Source: Verrucomicrobiota bacterium (lineage in GTDB: Bacteria; Verrucomicrobiota; Verrucomicrobiia; Limisphaerales; BJHT01). Taken from it: a stretch of DNA of 64,000 bases. This document shows positions 49,501 through 61,500 of this stretch, piece by piece. The stretch spans positions 1,035 through 65,034 of the forward strand of contig BJHT01000005.1 in NCBI GenBank assembly GCA_014193395.1. Reading direction: 5' to 3'. The notes beneath the pieces were generated by a model that was not told the origin of the DNA, did no database searches, and worked only from the letters and a program-made list of their open reading frames with translations. A program made the translations under genes and the position numbers. The stretch's first letter is position 1, and every line of letters starts with the position of its first letter.

Positions 49501-52500
49501 CGCGTTGCCCGCCGCTTCGCTCACCACGTAGTTCGTGGCCGTGAAGACCAGGCTGCCGAAGCTCAACTGGTTGTTGTTCACGATGGTCAGGATCGAACGG
49601 TTGGTCGCGCCGAGCACCGCACCGCCGCTCGGGTTGGAGAGGACCAGATTCACGAATTCATTCGTCTCGACCAGCGCGTCCAGAATGACGGGCACCAGGA
49701 AACTCTTCACCGTTTCCCCGTCGGCGAACGAGATCACGCCCGACGAGCTGGTGTAATCCAGACCCGCCAGCGCCGAGCCGTCCGCCGTCGCATACTGCAC
49801 CGAGACCAAGCCCAACGAACCGCCGCTGCGCACCAGCGTGATGACCGCGTCGCCCACTGCTTCGTCCACCACGAAATTGGTGCTCGCGAAGTTCAGCGCG
49901 CCCGCCGAGTTGAGGCTCTCGATGATCGTCAGCGTGGCGTTGGTCAGCGTACCCAGCGTGACGAAATTGGTCGGCACCGCGTTGCTCAACACGAGGCCGA
50001 CAGTCAGGTTCCCCAGCACCAGCCCATCGTCGAACACTCCCACCGCCACAGTCATCTCGTTGGTCCCCGCCGGGAAGGTCACAACCTGGGTGGTCGGCTG
50101 ATAGTTCACCCCGGCCACCGCGGTGCCGTTGGTGGTCGTCGCAAAATTCACCGACACCGCGCCCACCAGGCCGCCACTGCGCACCAGCGTGATCAGCGCG
50201 TTGGTCGTGCTCTCGCCGACGCTGTAGCTCGCCGTGGCGAAACTGATCAGGCTGTCGTCATCCAGAATCGTCAGCACTGCCGTCGGCGGCACTTCCAGCG
50301 CGGCCCCGCCGGTCACGCTGGTCAACGCCAAGCCCACGGTCCGGTCGCCCCGGTTGGTGAAATCATTGAACACCGGCACCAGGAAGCTGCCCACCGTCAC
50401 GCCGGGCGCGAAGGTCAGCACGCCGTTGGTGGCCCGATAGTCCACGCCCGCCACCGCGGTGCCGTTGGTCGTCGTCGCGTAGCCCACCGTCACCACACCG
50501 CTCAGGCCGCCCGCGCGCACCACGGTGATCACCGCGTTGGTCCCGCTCTCCGTCACCGCATAAGCCGGCGCGGAGAAGGCCAGCACGCCCGCCCCGAGAT
50601 TCTCGCCGCCGTGGAGGCGCACGAAGTGATTGGCCGTCGTCCCGTTGAAATTGGTGAACGCCCCGCCCGCCAGAATCTTCCCGTCAAACTGCAACGCCAG
50701 CGCCGCGATGTAGTCATTCGCCCCGGAGCCGAAGTTGCAGGTCACATCCACCGTGCCGTTGGCTTCCAGGCGGACGATCCGGTTTTCCGGCAGACCATTG
50801 AACGTGGTGAACGCCCCGCCCACCACCACGCGGCCGTCGGGCTGCACCGCCAGCGCGCTCACGTAGTCATTGCGCGCCACGAACGGATTAAAGCCGCCAT
50901 CGAGCACTCCGTTCGCGTCGAGCCGCACGAGGTTCGTATGCACCACCCCGTTGGTCGCCACGAACGCGCCGCCGACCAGCAGCCGGCCGTCGCGTTGCAG
51001 CACCAGCGTGTACACCGCGCCATTGGTAATCCAGCCGCCGCCGAGGAACGTGCTGTCAAACGAGCCGTCCGCATTCAACCGCGCCAATCGGCTGCTCGCG
51101 AATCCGTCCACCGTGGTGAACTCGCCGCCGATAATCGCGCGGCCATCTGGTTGCAACACCAGCGCGCGCACCGCGCCGTTCGGGCCGAGGCCGCGCGAGA
51201 AGCCCGTGTCCAGCGAACCGTCCGCATTCAGGCGCGCGATGAAATTGCGGTTGGTCCCGCTGACCCGCGTGAACAGGCCGCCCAGCACGACGCGGCCGTC
51301 ATTCTGCACCGCCACCGCGTTCACGAGGTTGTTCACGCTCGCGACGAAATTCGTGTCCACCGTGCCGTCTGTGTTGACCCGCGCCACGTTGGTCCGCGCG
51401 GCCCCGCCCACCGACGTGAAGAGACCGCCGAAGACGGCCTTGCCCGTGAAGAAGCCGTTGGTGATGACCAGCGAAACCGAGCGCACCGACGCGTTGGAAC
51501 CGGTGAAGCCAATCGCGCCGACATCGAACCCAGCGTCGAGCGAGCCGTCGGCATTCAGCCGCACCACGTTGGCGCGGTTGGTGCCGTTGAAGGCCGTGAA
51601 ATCGCCCGCCACGTAGGCCTGGCTGTTGGTCGTGACCGCGAGGGAATAGACCGTGCCATTGAAGCCGGTGCCCAGCGCATACAGGCCGTCCACCGACCCG
51701 GCCGGGCCTTCGTCGTCGCCGATTCGCACCAGGGAATTGGTCAGGCCCGGGACCGCGCCGCCGGCGAAACCCGAGAGCACGACGCCGAAGAAGCGCGTGC
51801 CATCCTGCAGCGCGTTGTCGAGCACCGGCACGGTGAAGGTCTGATTCGTCGCGCCATTCGTGAAGACCAGGAAGCCGTTGGTCGCGAGATAATCGCGGCC
51901 ATTCACCGCCGTGCCGTCCACCGTGGCGAAGCTGACCCCGACGATGCCGTTGATTCCGTTGGTGCGCACCACCGTGATCAGCGCGTTGGTGGCGTTCTCC
52001 GTCACGTTGAACACCACCTGCTCAAATCCGAGCGCGCCCGCCAGGAAATCATCGTTGGTGATGGTGATGATCGTGCTGCCCGGCGTGCCGATGGACGCGC
52101 CGCCGACCACGTTGCGCAACACCACTTCCACCGTGCGATCCGCGTCGGCGAGGTTGTTGTTCGTAATCGCGACGCGGATGAAACGGCTGCCGCCGTCGAG
52201 ATTGCCCCAGAGCAGGTTCCCGCTCACCGGCCCGTAATCATTGGTCGTCGCCGTGCCGTTCGTGGTGGTCGTGTAGAACACCGCGATGCCGTTGGTGCGG
52301 CCGCCGATGCGCTGCACTTCCAAAAGCACTTCGCCCGCCGCCTCGCTCACCACGTAATTCGTCGCGGAGAAAACCAGCGTGCCGAAGATCAACTGGTTGT
52401 TGTTCACGATCGTCACCACCGCCCGGTTGGTCGCCCCGAGCAGCGCGCCGCCGGCCGGGTTGGTGAGGGACAGGTTCAAGAACTCATTCGGCTCGATGAG

Positions 52501-55500
52501 CGCATCGAGAATCACGGGCACCACGAACGTCTTCGCCGTTTCCCCGTCAGCGAACGACAACACGCCCGAGACGCCGGTGAAGTCGAGGCCCGTCTGCGCC
52601 GTGCCGTCCGCCGTCGCATACTGCACGGAGATCGAACCGAGCGAACCAGCGCTGCGGACCACCGTGATCACCGCGTTGCCCACCGTTTCGTCCACCACGA
52701 AATTCGCGCTCGCGAAGTTCAGCACCCCCGCGGCGTTGCGGCTCTCGATGATCGTCAGCATCGCGTTCGTCACCGCGCCCAGCGTGACAAAATTCGTCGG
52801 CACCGCGTTGCTCAGCGACAGGCCAACCGTGAGGTTGCCCAGCACCAGGCCGTCATCCAGCACGCCGACCGCCACGGTCACCACGTTGCTTCCAGCGGGG
52901 AAGGTCACCACCTGGTTGGTCGGCACGAAGTTCACTCCGGCCACCGCGGTGCCGTTGGTGGTCGTCGCAAAATTCACCGACACCGCGCCCACGAGGCCGC
53001 CGCTGCGCGTGAGCGTGATCACCGCGTTGGTCGCGCCTTCGCCGACGCTGTAATTGGCCGACACGAAACTGATTGCGCTGTCGTCCTCGAGGATCGTCAC
53101 CACCGCGGTCGTCGGCACGGCCAACGCGGCCCCGCCGGTCACGCCGCTCAACGCCACCTCCACCGTCCGGTTGCTCGTCACCGAGCGATTGTCGATCAGC
53201 GGCAACACGATGTTGGTGGTCATCACGCCGGGCGCCAGCGTCAGCACGCCGGAGACGGCCTGATAATCCACGCCCGCCACCGCGGTGCCGTTGGTGGTCG
53301 TCGCATACGTCACCGTCACCACATTGCTCAGCCCGCCGGTCCGCACCACCGTGAGCACCGCATTGGTCGCGTTCTCCGAGACCGTGTAGCCGGCTGCGCC
53401 AAACAGGAGCAAGCCCGCGCCCCGGTTCTCGCCGCCCGTGAGCCGCGCATAGTGATTGACCGCGACGCCGTTGAAATTGGTGAACGCGCCGCCGATGAGG
53501 ATCTCGCCATCCGGCTGCACGGCCACGGCCGCGAGATAGTCGTTCGCGCCGCCGCCGAAGTTGATGCTGTAGTCCACCGCGCCATCCGGCTGCAACCGGA
53601 CGATCCGGTTTTCCGGCAGGCCGTTGAACATGGTAAATGCGCCGCCCACCACGATCCGGCCGTTCCGTTGCAAGGCCAGCGCGCCCACGAATTCGTTGGG
53701 GCCGGTGCCGGGATTGAAGCTCAGGTCGACCGTGCCGTCGCCGTTCAACCGCATCAGATTCGTGTGCGCCACGCCGTTCGTCGCAACGAACGCGCCGCCG
53801 ACCAGGATGCGTCCGTCCGGCTGCCGCAGCAACGCCTGCACGGAACCACTCGCCACCCAACTGCTGCCCGCGAACGTCGGGTCGAGCGTCCCGTCCGCAT
53901 TCAGCCGCGCAATCCGGCTGGCCGGCGCGCCGGCGAAGGAAGTGAACTCACCCGCGATGAGCAGCTTGCCGTCGGGTTGCAGCGCCAGCGCGCGCACAGC
54001 GCCGTCCGGCCCGGTCCCGTTCGCGAAGCCCGCGTCCAGCGAGCCATCCAGATTCAAGCGCGCGACAAAGTTCTGGCTGATGCCGTTCACCCGAGTAAAC
54101 AGGCCGCCCAGCACCACCCGGCCGTCCGGCTGCACGAGTACCGCGTTGACCAGATTGTCCGTGCCCGCCACGAAATTTGTGTCCACCGAGCCGTTCGGAT
54201 TTACCCGCGCCACGTTGGTCCGTCCGACGCCGCCGAGCGAAGTGAAGACCCCGCCGAACACCACCTTGCTCGCGGTAAACCCGTCCGGCGGATATTCCGC
54301 CACCGAGCGCACCGCCGCGTTGGAACCGGTAAAGCCGACCGCGCCGAGGTTGAACCCGCCATCCAGCGAACCGTCCGGCAGCAACCGCACCAAGCCCGCG
54401 CGGTTGGAGCCATTGAACGCCGTGAAGTCGCCGCCGACATACGCCAGATTGTTCGTCGTCACCGCCAGCGCATAGACCGTCGCGTTGAAGCCGCTTCCCA
54501 GCAGATACGAAAGATCGACCGACCCGGCCGAGCCTTCGTCATCGGCGATCCGCACCGACGCATTGGTCAGGCCGCCCGTCGCGCCGCCGGTGAACCCGGA
54601 GAGCCGCACGCCGAAGAACCGCGTGCCGTCCTGGTTCGCATTGTCCAGCAGCACCACCGCAAACGTCTGCGTGGTCTGACCGTTGGTGAACGTGAGCACG
54701 TTGTTGGTGGCCACGTAATCAATCCCCGCTCGCGCCGAGGCATCCACCGTGGTGAAGGTGGCCGTCACAATTCCGAAGGAACCATTGGTCCGCACGACCG
54801 TCAGCAGCACCGTGCCGTTGGTCTCGGAAGCGCCCGTGACCAACTGGCTGAACCCGAGCGCGCCGGGATTGGTGAGGTCATCGTTGGTGATCGTGATGAG
54901 CGTCCGACCGGGCGCCGCGATGTCCGCGCCACCGGTTGCGTTGGACAACTCGACTTCCACGGTGCGGTCGCCGTCCGCGAACGGGTTGTTGAAGATCGGC
55001 ACGCGGATGAAGCGATCGCCGCCCTGCAAATGCGCCCAGCTCAAGAGGCCGTTGGTTGCCGCGAAATCCGCCGTCGGCGCGGTCCCGTTGGTCGTGGTCG
55101 TGTAGAACACCGACACGGCATTGGTGGTTCCGCCGATGCGCTGCACCGTCACCACCGCTTCGCCCGCGGCCTCGCTCACGAAGTAATTCGTCGCGGTAAA
55201 GACCAGGTTGCCGAACACCAGCAGATTGTTGTTCACAATCGTGAGAATCGCCTGGCTGGCCGCACCCAGCACCGTGCCGCCGCTGGGATTCAACAGCGTC
55301 AAGTGCAGGAACTCATTGGTTTCCGCCAACTGGTCCAAAATCACCGGAACCAAAAAGCTCTTGGCCAGCTCGCCGTCCGCAAACGACACCACGCCAGTCA
55401 CGCTCCCGTAGTCCAAGCCCGCCAGCGCCGTGCCGTCGGTGGTCACAAATTGCACCGACACCAAGCCGAGCGAACCGCCGCTGCGCACCACGGTGATCAC

Positions 55501-58500
55501 CGCGTTGCCCACCGCTTCATCGACCACAAAATTGGTGCTCGCGAAGTTCAGCACGCCCGCGCTGTTGAGACTCTCAACAATGGTCAGCGTCGCGTTCGTC
55601 ACCACGTCGAGCCCGACGATGTTGGTCGGTCCCGCGTTGCTCAGCACCAAGCCGACGGTCAGGTTTCCGACGATCAGGCCGTCGTCGAGCACGCTCACCG
55701 CGACGGTCACCGTGTTGGTTCCCGGCGGGAAGACCACGAACCGGTTGGTCGGCAGATAATTCACTCCGGCCACCGCGGTGCCGTTGGTCGTCGTCGAAAA
55801 ATTCACCGTCGCCAGGCCCACCGCGCCGCCGCTGCGCACCAGCGTGATCACGGCGTTGGTTGTGCTCTCGTCCACGCTGTAGGTCGCCGACGCGAAGCTG
55901 ATCAGGCTGTCGTCCTCGAGGATCGCCAGCACCGCCACCGGCGGCACCTCGAACGCCGCGCCACCAGTCACGGCGGTCAAGGCCAGCCCGACCGTGCGAT
56001 CGCCGCGGTTGGTCGAATCATTCAGCACCGGCACCAGGAAGCTCGCCGCCGCCACGCCGGGCGCGAAGTTCAGCACGCCGTTGGTCGCCACGTAGTCCAC
56101 GCCCGCGACGGCCGTCCCGTTGTTCGTGGTCGTGAAGCTCGCCGTCACCGGGTTCGCCAGCCCGCCGTTGCGCAGCACCGTGATCACCGCGTTGGTCGCG
56201 CCCTCCGACACCAGGAACACCGGCGTCGCAAACGCCAGCACGCCCGACCCGAGGTTCTCACCGCCGAAAAGCCGCACGAAATGTCCCACCGTCGTCCCGT
56301 TGAAATCGGTGAACGCCCCGCCCGCCAGCAGCCGCCCGTCCGGCTGCACCGCCACCGCCGCCAGATAATCACTCGCGCCCGCACCGAAGTTGATGCTCAC
56401 GTCCACCGTGCCGTTGGTTGTCAGCCGCACGATGCGGTTCTCCGCCAAGCCATTGAACGTCGTGAACGCGCCCCCGACCACCGCGCGCCCGTTGCCCTGC
56501 AACGCCAGCGCGCTTACGTAATCGTTCCGCTCCACGAACGGATTATAGGCGTCCTCGATCACGCCGCTGGCGGTCAATCGCACGAGGTTCGTATGCACCA
56601 CGCCGTTGGTCGCGACGAATGCGCCGCCCGCCAAAATCCGCCCGTCGCGCTGCAGCGCCAGCGCGTACACCGCGCCGTTCGTCAGCCATTTGCCCCCTTG
56701 GAATGTGGCGTCCAGCGACCCGTCCGTATTGAGCCGCGCCAGCCGGCTGGCGGCCACGCCGTTCACCGCCGTGAACTCGCCGCCGATGATCGTCTTGCCA
56801 TCCGGCTGCAGCACCAGCGCCCGCACCGCGCCGTTCGGCCCGAGGCCCGTCGCAAAGCCCGCGTCCAGCGTGCCGTCGAGATTGAGCCGCGCCACGAAGT
56901 TCCGCGTGACTCCATTCACCACCGTGAACTGCCCGCCCAGCACCACGCGGCCGTCGTTCTGCACCGCCGCCGCGTTCACCAGGTTGTTCACGTTCGCCAC
57001 GAAATTCGTGTCCAGCGTCCCGTTCGCGTTGAGCCGCGCCACGTTCGTCCGCGCCACGCCGCCCACCGTGTTGAACAAACCGCCGAACACCACCCGCCCG
57101 TCCGCCACGCCGTTCGTGCCCGCCAGCGCCACCGCCCGCACCGCCGCGTTCGTCCCCGACCGCACGATCGCCGGCACCGCGAACCCCGCGTCCACCGCGC
57201 CGTCCGCCGTCAGCCGCACCAAAGGCGGATGGTTGGTCCCGTTGAAGGTCGTGTAGTCGCCGCCGACATACGCCAGATTGTTCGTCGTCACCGCCAGCGC
57301 ATAGACCGTCCCGTTGAAGCCGCTCCCCAGCAGATACGACGCATCCACCGAACCCGCCGCGCCTTCGTCATCGCCAATTCGCACCAGCGCCCCGGTCAAG
57401 CCCGGCAGCGCGCCGCCCGCGAGACCGAAGAGCTGCACCGCGAGGAACCGCGGGCCGTCCTGCACCACGTTGTTGGTCAGCGGCACGCTGAAGGTCGCGT
57501 TCGTCGCGCCGTTGGTGAACACGAGGAAACCATTCGTCGCCACGTAATCGCGCCCCGCCACCGCCGTCACATCGAGCGTCGCAAAGCTCGCGCCCACGAT
57601 CCCCAGCGTTCCATTCGTGCGCGTCACCGTGATCAGCGCGTTGGTCGCGTTCTCCGTCACGTTGAACACCAGCTCGCTAAACCCGAGCGTCCCCGCCAGA
57701 AAATCATCGTTCGTGATCGTGATGAACGTGCTCCCCGGCGTCCCGATCGACGCGCCGCCGACCGCATTGCGCAGCACCACTTCCACCGTGCGATCCGCGT
57801 CCGCGAAATTGTTGTTCGTCACTGCCACCCGAATGAACTGGCTGCCCCCATCCTGATCGGCCCAGAACAAATTCCCGCTCACCGGCCCGTAATCATTGGT
57901 CGTCGCCGTGCCATTGGTCGTCGTCGTGTAGAACACCGCGACCGCACTGCTGCGCCCGCCGAGCCGCTGCACTTCGAGGATCACCTCGCCCGCTGCCTCG
58001 CTCACGACATAGTTCGTCGAAGAGAAAACGAGGCCGCCGAAAACCAACTGGTCATCATTCAGAATCTGCACCACCGCGCTGTCCTGGAAGCCCAGCCCCG
58101 CCCCGCCGGTGGGATTGGACACGGTCACGGTGAAGCTCAGATTCGTCGTGGACAGGCCATCCGAAAGGATCACGACTGGGAACGTCTTGGCCGGCTCGCT
58201 GTCGGCAAAGGCCAGCGTGCCGCTTGTCGCCACGTAGTTCACGCCCGCCAGGGCCGTGCCGTCGCCCGTGCTGAAATCCACCGTCACCACGCCCGCGTTG
58301 CCGTTGGTGCGAATCACCGTGATCGTCGCCACCGCGATGCTCTCGGACACATCGAACGTCGGCTGGCTGAAGCCCACGAGGCCGCGTCCGAATTCATTGT
58401 CCACAATGGTGAGCGTGGCGTTGGTCTGGCCGGTCAGGGTGATGGGCGTGCGCGCCGTCACGTTGGTCGCGCCGAACAGCGCCAGGTTGATCGTGCGGTT

Positions 58501-61500
58501 CGCATTGGTCAGCAGGTCATCAATGATCCCGACGGCGAACGTTTTGCCGCCCGTCTCGCCATTCGCCCACGTCAGCACGCCCGCCGCGTTGGTGTAGTTC
58601 GCGTTGCCCACCGGTCCCGCGCCCGGATACAGAATCGCCGTGCCGCCGGTGCTGGTGAGATACTGCACCGACACCGAGCCGGCGGAACCGCCGAGGCGCT
58701 CGACGGTGATGAAAGCCCGCGCGCCGGGCACATTTTCAATCACGGAAAACGTGGGCGAACTGAAATTCAGAACCGTGTCGTCATCGAGGATCGTGACGGT
58801 CGCCACAGCCGGCTGGCCCAGCACGGCCCCGCCCGTGCTGCCCAACGTCACCGTGAAGCTCCGGTCGCCGTCGCTGACGAGATTGTTCGTCACCGGCACC
58901 AGGATCGTGCGGAACAGCTCGGCGTCGCGGAAGACCAGCGGGCCGCTCGTCGCGGTGTAATCGACGCCGTTGGTCGCGGTCCCGTTGGCCGTGGCAAACG
59001 TCAGCGTCGCCGCCCCGGCGGCACCGTGAACGCGGCGCACGACCAGCGTGGCGTTGGTCGCGTTTTCCGAAACGGTGAAGCCCACGCTTAAGAACTGGAA
59101 CTCTCCCGGTCCGAAGTTGTCGCCGCCGAGCAGGCGCGCGAGATGGTTGCGAGGCAGGCCGTCAATCTGCGTGAACGCCCCGGCCACGTTGATCTGCTGG
59201 TCGGCCTGGATCGCCAGTGCGAACACGGGGGCGTTGGCGCCCAGCCCGAAATTCATGGTGGGGTCCACCGCGCCGCTCGTAGTCAGGCGGGTGAGATATT
59301 GGCGGCCGAGGTTGTTGAAATTGGTGAACGAGCCGCCGACGAGGATGCGGTTGTCCGGGGCCGGCAGAAGGGCCAGCGCGAGCACGTCTTCATTCGCGCC
59401 GGTGCCGGGATTAAAAGAGCGGTCAGGCGTGCCGTCCGCATTCAAGCGTGCAATGTGATTCCAGTTCGTGCCACTGATGTTGGTGAAGGAACCGCCGACG
59501 AGCACCTTGCCATCGGGCTGCACCGTGATCGCCCGCACCGTGGCGTTCGCGCCGTTGGTGCCGGGGTCAAAGGTCAAATCCAGCGTGCCATTCGCGTTGA
59601 AGCGGGCGAGCCGCGCCCGATTGGTGTTGTTGACCAGCGTGAAGTCACCACCGATCAGCACCCGGCCATCCGGCTGCACGGCGACCGCGTACACCTGCCC
59701 GTTCACACCCGCGCCGACGTTGAAATTCGGATCGACCACGCCGTTGGTGGTGAGCACGACAAAGTTGGCACGCCCGACGCCATTGAACGTGGTGAACGAA
59801 CCGCCCACCGCCAGGCGACCGTCCGTGCGCACCGCGACGGCGAACACCGGATTGTCCGGCCCCGAGCCGATGTTGAAGGTGGAATCCAGCGAGCCTTCCG
59901 CATTGAGCCGCGCGAGGTAACTGCGGTTGGCCCCGTTGAAGGCGGTAAACCTACCGCCCACCACGAGCTTCTGATCCGCCTGCAACGCGAGGGCCGTGAT
60001 TTCCCCGTTGGCCGCGGTGCCCGGCTGGAACTCCACATCGATCCGCCCATCGGGATTCAGCCGCGCAATGCGGTTGATCGCCGTCCCGCCGTAGCCGGTG
60101 AATTGCCCCGCGATGACCAGCTTCCCGCCCGCCGCCAGCAGCAGCGCGTTGATCGGCGCGTTGGCGCCGACCGAGGTGTCGAACCCGGTGTTCAGCGCGC
60201 CCGCGTCCGCCGCCAGCGATTCGTCGTCGAAGATGGTCAGCGTGGCGTTGGTGAAGCGGCCGGGGGTGGCCTTGTTGAAATTGGAGAGGATCACCGAGAG
60301 CGTCCGGTTTGGTCCGACCAGAAGGTTGTCGATGATCGAAATCAGCAGGTTGGTCGAGGTCTGCCCGTCTTCGAACAGCAACGTGCCGGACAAGGCGTTG
60401 GACAGCGTGGTGAAATTCGTCACCAACTGCGCCGTACCGGGAACAATCAGATATTCCACCGCGACCTGCTCAGCGTCGCCGCCCACGCGGTCAATGCGGA
60501 TGCTGGCCGTGCCGCCGTTTTCACTGATGAAATAACTCGCTGCCGAGAAGGTGAGCTGGCCGTAGGTGTTGGCATCGACAATCGACACCGTCGCGTTGCT
60601 GAGGTAGCCGAGCCGCGCGCCGCCCGCCACATTGGTCAGCCAGACCGTGAAGACTTCGGTCCCCTCGACCAAACGGTCCGCCGAAACGGGAATGGACACG
60701 GTCTGCGAATTCGTGGAGCCGGCCGGGAAAATCAGGTGCTGGTTCACCGGCGTGTAATCCAAGTTCGCCCGCGCCCGCCCGGGGGCCACCGGCCGAACGT
60801 CGCCGGTCTGCACATCGACCTCGACCTGGCCGACGCCGCCGCTCGTGCGCCGCACCACGACGCTGACGAAACCGTTGGTCTCGCTGACGCTGAAATTGTT
60901 GGTGGTGAAACTCAGGCTGCCGAAACTGCCGGGGCCGGAATCGTTGTCCTGGATGAGCAGGACCGCGTTGGCGAGGCCGAGCGTCGCGCCGCCGGTCGGG
61001 TTGGCAAGCGTGAGCAGGACGGACTCCTCAAACTCGGGCGCGACGTCGTTGATGATCGGCACCGTGAACGTGCCCTTGGTCTGTCCCGAGATGAACGTCA
61101 GCGTGCCGCTGCGCGAGAGATAATCCACACCGGCGGTCGCCGTGCCGGGGGCGGTGGCGTATTGCACCGACGCCACGCCGGTCGAACCGTTGGCGCGTTC
61201 GATGGTTATGGTGGCGTTGCCGACGGCTTCGCTGACCTCGAAAACCGGCCCGGCGAATCCAAACACGCCGGCCGTAAAATCATCGTCGATGATCGTCACC
61301 AGCGCGCGGCGCTGAAAACCGGGCGCGGGTTGCGTGGTGGGCGCGGGCGTGCCGGAACGCGGGTTGGAGAGGACGACCTCGAAGGTGCGGTTCCCGTCCA
61401 CGAGCGCGTTGTTCAAAATCGGAACGGCGAAGGTCTTGTTGGTCGCCAGCGATTCCTGATCGTTCCACGACAGCGTGCCCGTGACGGCTTGATAATCGAC

